In this document: piece after piece, positions 1 to 8,135 of the stretch
Layout: the number at the start of each line of letters is the position of its first letter
Position numbering within the stretch: the stretch's first letter is position 1
Origin: an uncultured Chloroflexia bacterium
GTDB taxonomy: Bacteria > Chloroflexota > Limnocylindria > Limnocylindrales > CSP1-4
Direction of reading: 5' to 3'
NCBI GenBank assembly: GCA_963697415.1
Contig: CAVONW010000003.1
Location: forward strand, 2,427,821-2,491,820
DNA: 64,000 nt
Position numbers and translations under genes: made by a program
Notes under the pieces: generated by a model
What the model was told of the DNA's origin: nothing
The model's database searches: none
The model's input: the letters and a program-made list of their open reading frames with translations, nothing else

Positions 1-388
1 GGATCCCCGCCGCCGCCGCGGCGCCCATGACTGCACCCTTGGTGCTCGTGACATCGGTCACCAGCGCTCCAGGGGCCAGCGCGTCCCGGAGGTCCGCTCC
101 AAGACGGCCGAGCAGGGCGATCGTCTCCAGCGGCGGTGCCGCGATGACGACAAGATCCGCCCCCGCGATGGCATCCGCGGGGTCCGCCGCCACCCGGTCA
201 ATCACCCCATCCCGGGCAGCCGCCGCCGGACCACGGCCGCTCGGAGTCCAGGCCGCGATCAAGGGTCGCCGATCCCGCCGAACATGGTTTCGGGGATCGA
301 TCGCGATTGCCCGTGCGACCGATCCGCCGATGAGTCCGAGACCAAGGAACGCGATGGCCCCAGGTGGCCGATCGATCACTCCAGCCAT
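1..388 (-). CDS. prephenate/arogenate dehydrogenase (TyrA family), N-terminal part; gene runs off the window start
   Basis: My own minus-strand translation from ATG at 388 gives MAGVIDRPPGAIAFLGLGLIGGSVARAI...ADLVVIAAPPLETIALLGRL...LVTDVTSTKGAVM. This is a Rossmann GxGxxG plus TyrA core pattern. It is not in the ORF track because no stop lies inside the window. Confidence 0.6.
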   Translation of the reverse strand, partial: MAGVIDRPPGAIAFLGLGLIGGSVARAIAIDPRNHVRRDRRPLIAAWTPSGRGPAAAARDGVIDRVAADPADAIAGADLVVIAAPPLETIALLGRLGADLRDALAPGALVTDVTSTKGAVMGAAAAAGI

Positions 389-651
389 CCGGATCCACGC
401 ACCGAGCCGCCGTCACCCCGTCGGCGGCGCTCGCGACGGCGCTCTTCCTCGCGCCGCTCTGGACCGTCCGGCGGGCCAGGATCGCCGGGCGGGCTTCCGC
501 GGCGATTCGTCGTCCGCCGATCCACGTACCGACGGTCGGCCTCGAGCGGCGCGCCGCAGCGCGGGCAGCGGCGTTCCTCGGCGAACAGCTGCTCCAGGGG
601 CACGGTCGTGTAAACCTCGCGCCCGCAGGTCTGGCAGACGATCCGTGGCAT
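376..651 (-). CDS. small zinc-ribbon protein (CxxC...CxxC) with Arg/Glu-rich tail
   Basis: Internal ATG (651) of ORF 376..1050(-) reads MPRIVCQTCGREVY...RCPRCGAPLE. The upstream 130 aa of that ORF is Arg-rich frame artefact. The extent of the C-terminus is uncertain. Confidence 0.35.
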   Translation of the reverse strand: MPRIVCQTCGREVYTTVPLEQLFAEERRCPRCGAPLEADRRYVDRRTTNRRGSPPGDPGPPDGPERREEERRRERRRRGDGGSVRGSGWLE

Positions 652-733
652 GCTCGCTCCCCCCGATGACGTAGACGACCCGATCGTACGCGTCCACGGT
701 CTCGACTGCGCCGGAATTCGGAGCAGCCGCGAC

Positions 734-1135
734 CTACGGAGCCGGCAGCTCCGCGAAACCAGTGTCTGTGGCCGGAGCCGTGGGCGTGGCAAGGTCCGGC
801 GCCGGCGACGTCGCGACCGCGCCCGGCAATTCGACCGGGGCGATGGACGGCTCGACGGGCGGCGATGCGGCCGGCTCGGTCGCATGGGGCGTCTCGGACG
901 ACGAAGGGCTGGGCACCACAGCGACCGGGGAGGCCGGCGGCGACGAACCAATGACGCCGGGCGCGATGCTTGCCGGCGGAACCGTCGATGAGCCCGCGGA
1001 TTGACGACCAGTCGAGATGGAAACCGCAACGCCGAGGGCCACGACCCCAAGGACGAGGTTCATGACACCGAGTACGAGCACGATGCGCAAACGCTGCGGC
1101 GTGGTCACGGATGTTGGTCCCGGCTCCTTCGTCAC
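734..1135 (-). CDS. membrane-anchored Pro/Ala/Ser-rich protein (single N-terminal TM)
   Basis: ORF 734..1135(-): MTKEPG...RIVLVLGVMNLVLGVVALGVAVSI (TM), then a low-complexity P/A/S-rich ectodomain. Confidence 0.4.
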   Translation of the reverse strand: MTKEPGPTSVTTPQRLRIVLVLGVMNLVLGVVALGVAVSISTGRQSAGSSTVPPASIAPGVIGSSPPASPVAVVPSPSSSETPHATEPAASPPVEPSIAPVELPGAVATSPAPDLATPTAPATDTGFAELPAP

Positions 1136-1217
1136 GCCCCGCAGGAGGACGATCGGTCCATCGATCCTAGCAGGACCTGACCGCGGGCTGGGGCGGCGCT
1201 CGGCGCCACCACGGCGC

Positions 1218-1871
1218 TCAGTTGAGGGCCACGCTCCGGAGCGCCTCGTAGCGAGCCGGGCCGCGGCCCAGATGGCTTCGAAACAGGACGATGCGATCCG
1301 CGTTGAACGCGAGGTCCAGATCGGCCGCGGCGGCGATCAGCCGACGGCCGGCCTCGGCTCCGGCGTGGACGCCGTCCGTCCGGGCGATGGTCAGATGGGG
1401 CCGGAACGCGCGCTCCTCCAGGGGCCAGCCTTCGTCGACCAGCGCACCGGTCACTGCGTTGGCGAGTTGCCCAAGTGGCATGGCGCCCTCGCGGATACCG
1501 AGCCACAGGGACCGCGGTCGGGTCGCATCCGGAAACGTCCCCGCGCCACCGATCCGGATCTCGAACGGGCCGGAGGTCGCACCCGCGCTCCGCTCGACGG
1601 CCGCTCCGACGGTGTCGATGAGGTCCTTCTGGGTCGGCCCGAGGAACCGGAGCGTCACGTGGAGCCCTTCCATCTGAACCCACCGGACGCGCTGCCCGTC
1701 CGCTCCGAGCGCGTCGCGGACGCCGGCGACGAGCTCGCCGATCCGGGCCGCGACGACCTCCGGGATCGGGACGGCGACGAACAATCGCGGCAGATCGCGA
1801 CCCCCGGCGGGCGGCTGCCCGCGGCGCGAAGGCATCGACGTTCGGACAGGGCCACCCTGGGTCTCAGCCAT
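1218..1871 (-). CDS. thpR: RNA 2',3'-cyclic phosphodiesterase (2H phosphoesterase, LigT/ThpR family)
   Basis: Two H-x-T/S-x motifs (HVTLRFLG, HLTIAR) in ORF 1218..2078(-). Start taken at ATG 1871 (alternative ATG 1835). It overlaps the ppa stop by 8 nt. Confidence 0.7.
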   Translation of the reverse strand: MAETQGGPVRTSMPSRRGQPPAGGRDLPRLFVAVPIPEVVAARIGELVAGVRDALGADGQRVRWVQMEGLHVTLRFLGPTQKDLIDTVGAAVERSAGATSGPFEIRIGGAGTFPDATRPRSLWLGIREGAMPLGQLANAVTGALVDEGWPLEERAFRPHLTIARTDGVHAGAEAGRRLIAAAADLDLAFNADRIVLFRSHLGRGPARYEALRSVALN

Positions 1872-2382
1872 CGGTCGAGCGCTCGCGGCTCCAGGCTTCC
1901 CGGTCCACGCGCAGGATCTCGAGCGCGCGATCTCGGTCCCGCCAACCGAGAACCTCAACCGTCTTGTCCTCGAGGAGCTTGTAGGTCTCGAAGAAGTGCT
2001 CGATCTCGACGAGTCGATGGGGCCGAATCTGGTCGAGCCGCTCGATGTGGGCCTGGTGGGCGTCTCCCTCGGCGACACACAGGACCTTGAAGTCGGCGCC
2101 CTTCTCGTCGCGCATCTCGAGCACCCCGATCGGGCGCGCCCAGACGTGACAGCCCGTGAAGGTCGGCTCGTCGATGATCAGGAGCGCGTCCGTATGGTCG
2201 CCGTCGTCGGCCCGCGTTCGCTCGATGAACCCGTAGTCGAAGTTGTAGTAGACGGCAGACGAGAGCACGCGATCGAGCCGGAAGACGCCGGAATGCTCGT
2301 CGAACTCGTACTTGTTCCGGCTGCCCCTCGGAATCTCCACGACGACTTCGATGATCCCGGGGAACTCCACGTCCGTGTGCAT
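1864..2382 (-). CDS. ppa: inorganic pyrophosphatase
   Basis: Full-length family I PPase: ...YNFDYGFI...ALLIIDEP...DEKGADFKVL.... Confidence 0.95.
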   Translation of the reverse strand: MHTDVEFPGIIEVVVEIPRGSRNKYEFDEHSGVFRLDRVLSSAVYYNFDYGFIERTRADDGDHTDALLIIDEPTFTGCHVWARPIGVLEMRDEKGADFKVLCVAEGDAHQAHIERLDQIRPHRLVEIEHFFETYKLLEDKTVEVLGWRDRDRALEILRVDREAWSRERSTDG

Positions 2383-2421
2383 GGTGTGGACGATACCCGC
2401 CGGCGCGACCTGGCGCCCCGA

Positions 2422-3540
2422 TCAGTCGTTGTAGAGGCGCTCCTCGATGAGCTTCTCCTGGACCGTTCGGCCGTTCGGATCGAAGCACGAGTACTCGAAG
2501 TGCTTCTCGAACTCCAGATCCACGTTGTCCTGCCCGCCCCGGTTCTTCTCGATCGAGACGATCACCCAGTCCCGGAACCGCTGGGCCTGGTAGGGGTTGA
2601 ACTCGATGTTGACCTTGGCGACGATGTGGTACTTCTCGTTGAGGATCACGATGATGTCCGCTTCGTAGTTGATCGCCGACGAGCCTCGCAGGTGGAAGTT
2701 CCGGAGGCGCGAGGCCTTGAGACCCTCCTTGTCGGCCGCGACGATCGCGATCATCGGGACTTCCTCGGACAGGGCGATGTCCTTGAGGCCGTTCACGACA
2801 TAGGTGACCTTCTCGGCCTCCGTGTTCGGCTCCGGGATCTGGGGCACCTTCTGGAGATAGTCCACCATGACCACCAGGCGCCGATCGCCGGCCAGGGCAC
2901 GGAAGTCCCTGACCAGCTGCCGGATGTTGTCAATCGTGCTCGCGGTCGCGGAGCCGCGCAGGAGGAACAGGTTCTGACCGTAGCGGGCAATCCGGTCGAG
3001 TGACGGCCGGAGGCGCGGGTTGTTGGCGAGGTTCGGGGCTTCCGTCGCGTTTGCCTTCCAGGTCCCGAGGATCTCCTTGCGAACATCCTGGATCTTGATG
3101 GCGCCGGCCTTCTGGGGCATATGCGCGAGGGCTGATTCGAGCGCGATGAGGCGATTCAGGAGGTACGGCTCGTCATGCTCGAAACAGAGGTACAGCACGG
3201 CTGCCTGCCCGGAAGCGGCGACGTTGCGGGCCATCTGGAGCGCCATCGTCGTCTTGCCGGTGCCCTGTGCCCCGCCCACCAGGAGGAGCTCCCCGGGTCG
3301 AAGTCCGCCGCCGATCGTCTTGTCGAGCGGCGTGAACCCAAGTGGAACTGCCTGATAGTCCCCCAGCTGGCCGCTGACGACCTTGTCATTGAGGTCGACG
3401 AGCACTTCGAGCGTGGAGCGGGGCGCCATGCTCCCCGTGGGACTATCGACTCGCCACATGGCGGCTGTGCTTTCGCTGGGCGGTTTCGCCTCGGTGGTCA
3501 CGTTTCGCTGGTCCTCCCCGTTTGGATCCCGAGGCAGCAT
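2422..3540 (-). CDS. DnaB-family helicase C-terminal (RecA-fold) domain ATPase lacking the DnaB N-terminal domain
   Basis: Walker A GAQGTGKTT, and DnaB motifs H2 VDYLQKV, H4 ADIIVILNEKY and IEKNRGGQ. The protein begins at the DnaB linker (alternative starts ATG 3459/3429). G+C looks lower than neighbours (roughly 52-60% in two 60-nt samples). Confidence 0.75.
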   Translation of the reverse strand: MLPRDPNGEDQRNVTTEAKPPSESTAAMWRVDSPTGSMAPRSTLEVLVDLNDKVVSGQLGDYQAVPLGFTPLDKTIGGGLRPGELLLVGGAQGTGKTTMALQMARNVAASGQAAVLYLCFEHDEPYLLNRLIALESALAHMPQKAGAIKIQDVRKEILGTWKANATEAPNLANNPRLRPSLDRIARYGQNLFLLRGSATASTIDNIRQLVRDFRALAGDRRLVVMVDYLQKVPQIPEPNTEAEKVTYVVNGLKDIALSEEVPMIAIVAADKEGLKASRLRNFHLRGSSAINYEADIIVILNEKYHIVAKVNIEFNPYQAQRFRDWVIVSIEKNRGGQDNVDLEFEKHFEYSCFDPNGRTVQEKLIEERLYND

Positions 3541-3608
3541 GGTAGCACCGTGCTTGCCGCCTTCATCCGACCCAACTGCCGCGCCCGCTCAGCCAAAGGT
3601 ACGGCCGG

Positions 3609-5021
3609 TCAAGCGCCGGCTCTCGAGGGGTCACGCTCGCCCAGGGCGTCCCACAGGACGCAGATCGTGCGGATCCCCGTCTCGTAGTTGGAAAGCACCA
3701 TCGACTCATTCGGCGCGTGGGCGTTGTCGTCGGGGTTGGTGAACCCCATGAGCACCACGGGTAGTCCCAGCTGATCCTGGAACATCGCCGCGACCGGGAT
3801 CGAGCCGCCCGCGCCGATGTAAACGGGGGCTCGGCCAAACGTCACCTCGAGGGCGCCTGCCGCGGCACGGGTCACGGGATGATCGAGCGGCGTCCTGACC
3901 GGCTGGCCCGTGCCCAGCAGCTGGACAGAAGCCGTCACGCCCGGCGGACAGACCTGCTCGACGTAGGCCTTGAACCGGTCGAACAGGGCATGCGGATCCT
4001 GGTCCGCCACCAGGCGCATGCTGACCTTCGCGTGGGCGTGGGCCGGAATGATCGTCTTGGACCCCTCGCCCCGGAAGCCACCCCACAAGCCGTTGACGTC
4101 GAGCGTGGGTCGTGCCCAGATGCGCTCCAGGACCGAGAAGCCCTGCTCCCCCTGAAGTGGGCCGGCCGCCACCGTTGCCCTGAAGGACTCCTCGTCGAAG
4201 CCGAGCGCGGCCAGGCGTTCGCGGGCCGCCCCGTCGAGCGGGACCACGTCGTCGTAGAAGCCGGGCACCAGGACGCGGCCGTCCCGATCCTTGAGGTCAC
4301 CGATGATCCGGGCCAGGGCATTCGCCGGATTCTCGACTGCCCCGCCGTACGAACCGGAGTGCAGGTCCGTCGGCGTGCCGACGACATCGATCTGGGTGTA
4401 GAGCATGCCCCGCAGGGTCTCCGTCAGTGCCGGCACATTGCCCTCGAAGAACCCGGTGTCGGAGATGACCACCACGTCGGCGCCCAGCCGGCCCCGATTG
4501 GCTTCCAGCCAGCCCGGCAGGCTCGCCGACGTCGATTCTTCCTCGCCCTCGAAGACGATCCGGAGATTGACCGGCAGCCGACCGCGCGTTGCGAACAGGG
4601 CATCGGCGGCCCGGAGGTGCATGTGGAGCTGGCCCTTGTCGTCGGCCGCCCCTCGCCCGATGACGCGTCCTTCGTGGACGAACGGATCAAACGGAGCCGT
4701 CGTCCACAGCTCGATCGGGTCGACCGGCTGGACGTCGTAGTGGCAGTACACGATGACGGTCGGCGCGCCGTCGGCATGCAGCCAGTCCGCGTAGACGATG
4801 GGATGCCACGGGGTCTCACTGACCTCGGCGTGCTCGAATCCGATCCTGGCGAGCTCGGCCGCGATCCACTCGGCTGCCCGGCGAATGTCGCCGGCATGCT
4901 CCGGCAGGGCCGAGATGCTCGGAATCCGCAGCAACTCGAAATACGATTCCAGGCGGGCGGCCTCGGTGGCGTCAAGGTGCTCGGCGAGCGCCGGGTCCAG
5001 GGCGGTCATCACGTCCTCCAC
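3609..5021 (-). CDS. M20-family dipeptidase (ArgE/DapE/ACY1 peptidase family)
   Basis: 470-aa ORF with metal-binding and dimerisation domains typical of peptidase M20 (HYDVQP...GAADDKG...EGEEE). Confidence 0.9.
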   Translation of the reverse strand: MEDVMTALDPALAEHLDATEAARLESYFELLRIPSISALPEHAGDIRRAAEWIAAELARIGFEHAEVSETPWHPIVYADWLHADGAPTVIVYCHYDVQPVDPIELWTTAPFDPFVHEGRVIGRGAADDKGQLHMHLRAADALFATRGRLPVNLRIVFEGEEESTSASLPGWLEANRGRLGADVVVISDTGFFEGNVPALTETLRGMLYTQIDVVGTPTDLHSGSYGGAVENPANALARIIGDLKDRDGRVLVPGFYDDVVPLDGAARERLAALGFDEESFRATVAAGPLQGEQGFSVLERIWARPTLDVNGLWGGFRGEGSKTIIPAHAHAKVSMRLVADQDPHALFDRFKAYVEQVCPPGVTASVQLLGTGQPVRTPLDHPVTRAAAGALEVTFGRAPVYIGAGGSIPVAAMFQDQLGLPVVLMGFTNPDDNAHAPNESMVLSNYETGIRTICVLWDALGERDPSRAGA

Positions 5022-5077
5022 ATGGATCGGCCGGCGCTCCGGGGAGACGCCGGCCGAGGTTCGTGCACCGCCCGGGA

Positions 5078-7042
5078 TCAGGCGGGGTTGGGTGCGGGGG
5101 CAGAGGCGGGTGGAACGTCCTTGGCCGCCGGCTTCTCGGTGGGCACATCGGCGCCGCCTGCACCACCGGCGTCGCCGGAGTCCCGCTGCCTCGGCGGAAG
5201 CCCGTGGAGGGTCTCCTTGGGCGGCAGGTCGGCAAACAGCGTCTCGAATTCCTCCGCGTCCACCGACTCCTCGGCAATCAGCTTCTGCGCGAGTGCCTCG
5301 AGCCGGGACCGATGGGTCACCAGAACCTCGGTCGCCCGTTCGTAGGCCCGATCCACCAACGCGCGGACCTCCTCATCGATCTGACGCGCGATTTCGTCCG
5401 AGTAGTTGCGCTGCTCCCCGATCTCCCGCCCCAGGAAGACGAGCTCGTCTCGTTTCCCGAACGACAGCGGTCCCAGGCGATCGCTCATGCCGAACTCGGT
5501 GACCATCCGGCGCGCGAGCGTGGTCGCCTTCTCGATGTCGTTGCTCGAGCCTGTCGTCGTGTCACCGAAGACCAGGCGTTCGGAAACGTTGCCGCCGAGC
5601 AGGCCGGCGAGCTTGTCCTCGAACTCGGACTTCGACTGGAGGTAGCGGTCCTCGACCGGCAGGGCCATCGTGTAGCCGAGGGCCATCCCGCGACTGACGA
5701 TCGTGACCTTGCTCACGGGATCGCACTTCGGCAGCACGCGCTGGACGACCGCGTGGCCGCCCTCGTGATAGGCAATGATGAGCTTCTCGGCGTCGGAGAT
5801 GATCCGCGACTTGCGCTCGGGTCCGGCGACGATCCGCTCGAGAGCCTCCTCGAAATCGATCATGGAGATGACCTTCTTGCTGCGACGCGCAGCCAGGATC
5901 GCGCCCTCGTTGAGGAGGTTCGCGAGGTCCGCCCCGGAGAAGCCCGGCGACAGGCGGGCGAGGGCCTCCATGGACACGGCCTTGTCGAGGGGCTTGCCCT
6001 TGACGTGAACGTTGAGGATCGCCACGCGACCACGCATGTCCGGCCGATCCAGGATGACCTGGCGGTCGAACCGGCCGGGCCGCAGGAGCGCCGGATCCAG
6101 GACGTCGGGCCGGTTCGTGGCGGCTACCACGATCACGCCGGTATTGGAATCGAAGCCGTCCATCTCGACGAGGATCTGGTTCAACGTCTGCTCGCGCTCG
6201 TCGTGGCTGCCACCGAGGCCGGCGCCGCGCTGGCGCCCGACCGCGTCGATCTCGTCCACGAACACGATGCATGGGCTGTTCCGCTTGGCCTGATCGAACA
6301 GGTCACGGACACGGCTGGCGCCGACCCCGACGAACATCTCGACGAACTCTGAGCCGGAGATGCTGAAGAAGGGCACGCCGGCCTCGCCGGCCACCGCTCG
6401 AGCCATCAGCGTCTTGCCGGTGCCGGGCGGGCCCACCAGGAGCACGCCGCGCGGGATCCGCGCACCGAGCGAATTGAACTTCTCCGGGTATTTGAGGAAC
6501 TCCACGACCTCCTGGAGTTCCATCTTGGCCTCGTCCACGCCTGCGACATCGGCGAACGTGACGACGGTCTTGTTGCCGAGGAACATCCGGGCCCGGCTCT
6601 TCCCGAAGGACAGCGCCTGGTTGTTGGTGCCCTGGGCCTGTCGCATCATGAAGTAGATGAACGCCCCGATGACCACGAGGGGCAGGACGACGCTCACGGC
6701 CGTCAGGATCCACCCATTGTCCGAGGCAGGGTCAGCCGAGAAGATGGCCGGATTCCACGTCCGGCCGCCGTCGGACGCCGCCTGGCGCATGTCCGTGAGG
6801 ACCTGGGTCAGGATGCTCGGAACGGTAACGGTGTAGGACGAGTTGTCCGACTTCGTGACGGTGAGCGTGTCCGACTGCTGGACGACCTTCGTCACCGCGC
6901 CGTTCTTGACGTCGTTGAGGAAGTCGCCGTAGCCGCCGGTCGTGGCGCCGGTCGATTGGTTGAGCCATGTGAAGAGGAGTGCCGCCACGCCGAGGGCAAG
7001 CACGAGCATCAGTGCGCCGTTGCGCATGAACCTGGGATTCAA
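5078..7042 (-). CDS. ftsH: ATP-dependent zinc metalloprotease FtsH
   Basis: N-terminal TM, AAA module [15 protein letters not shown] zinc site. TTG start at 7042 preceded by GGAGG (ATG alternative 7027). Confidence 0.95.
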   Translation of the reverse strand: MNPRFMRNGALMLVLALGVAALLFTWLNQSTGATTGGYGDFLNDVKNGAVTKVVQQSDTLTVTKSDNSSYTVTVPSILTQVLTDMRQAASDGGRTWNPAIFSADPASDNGWILTAVSVVLPLVVIGAFIYFMMRQAQGTNNQALSFGKSRARMFLGNKTVVTFADVAGVDEAKMELQEVVEFLKYPEKFNSLGARIPRGVLLVGPPGTGKTLMARAVAGEAGVPFFSISGSEFVEMFVGVGASRVRDLFDQAKRNSPCIVFVDEIDAVGRQRGAGLGGSHDEREQTLNQILVEMDGFDSNTGVIVVAATNRPDVLDPALLRPGRFDRQVILDRPDMRGRVAILNVHVKGKPLDKAVSMEALARLSPGFSGADLANLLNEGAILAARRSKKVISMIDFEEALERIVAGPERKSRIISDAEKLIIAYHEGGHAVVQRVLPKCDPVSKVTIVSRGMALGYTMALPVEDRYLQSKSEFEDKLAGLLGGNVSERLVFGDTTTGSSNDIEKATTLARRMVTEFGMSDRLGPLSFGKRDELVFLGREIGEQRNYSDEIARQIDEEVRALVDRAYERATEVLVTHRSRLEALAQKLIAEESVDAEEFETLFADLPPKETLHGLPPRQRDSGDAGGAGGADVPTEKPAAKDVPPASAPAPNPA

Positions 7043-7282
7043 TAGAGAGAGCCTCCGGTGGGGTGGGCCGACGGTCCAGCCGGTCCAGCGGCGAGTATAG
7101 CGCCGGGTTCCTATCCGACCGCCGAAGGGTCCGAGCCACCGCTCAACCGAACGCAGTCAAGGTGGCTTGGTATCTCCCGGATCGCTTGACAGAGGGGAAG
7201 GTCGCGCTCATGGTGGCGCGGTTCGCTCGCACTGGCGTCGTCCGACCAGCGTCGTGCCATCAGTCGGGATTGTCTGTCAAAC

Positions 7283-8135
7283 GTGACGCGCCGAGGAATT
7301 CGCACTCCGGCTTGGTTGTGGGTCGCCTTTCTCGCGGCTGAGGGCCTGATTGTCGGGCTGTACCTCGGAAACGCGTGGATCGGCTACGGCAGAGCACTGT
7401 ACGCGCTGGCCGCGACCGGTGCCGTCATCGCGGTCCTGGTTGGCGTGGCCGCCCATCGGCCCGAACGGCCATCCATCTGGATCGCCTTGGGCACGGCAAT
7501 CATCCTGCTCTCGATCGGCGACTTCGAGCATGTTGGCGTCTCCGGAACCTGGGCGTTGTCGGCAGCGGGTGCCATCACCGAAGTCGGAGCCTTGGGAACC
7601 ATCGCTGGAGGTGCCTACTTCCTGGTGCAACGGTTCCGCTCCATGGAGCGGATCGCACTGATCGATGGGAGCATCGTCGGCATAGCCGCCGTCCTTGTGC
7701 TGTGGTACGGCGTCGTCTCTCTGACCCTCAGATCGCTGGGTTCAACGAACCTGATGATCTCGGTCGCCTCGGCGGCTATCGCCATCGTTGTGCTCACGAC
7801 GCTGCTGCCGCTCATCTGGCGGCGAGAGACTCGCTCTGCGAGTCTCGGGTTCCTGGCACTTGCCTTCCTTGCCCTGCCGGTTGCGGAACTTTCCGGCGGA
7901 CTTGCTTCAGCCACGGGTGTGCTGGAGGCCCGAAGCGAGTTCGACGGAGCAATGCTCCTTGGCTACGCCGCGATCGGGACGGCGGCGCTCCATCCGTCGA
8001 TGCGCTTCGTTGGACAGGCACCGGAGGCATCAGGGGAAGCCGCGGATGGGGTCCTCAGGACCCTGATGGTGGCCATCGCCTTGCTCGTCGGGCCGGGGAT
8101 CATCCTCCTCCACGGGCTGGGGCTGCTGGCAGGTG
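7283..8135 (+). CDS. polytopic (about 9-10 TM) membrane sensor domain, apparently the 5' part of the downstream PAS/EAL gene in a different frame
   Basis: ORF 7283..8248(+) is hydrophobic throughout. The last TM continues in frame 0 (FTFVSLGMVAIVALVLWRF) at about 8133, implying a frame break near 8125-8140. Confidence 0.5.

Noticed and set aside
3609-5021. M20 peptidase plus DnaB-like ATPase as a two-gene system
   Set aside because: 40-70 nt gaps only, no functional link known. M20 dipeptidases are common housekeeping enzymes, and a second unrelated M20 (25248..26456) occurs elsewhere.
7180-7215. TTGACA hexamer in the ftsH/sensor divergent region as a -35 promoter element
   Set aside because: No acceptable -10 hexamer at 16-19 nt spacing on either strand. 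Too weak to annotate.
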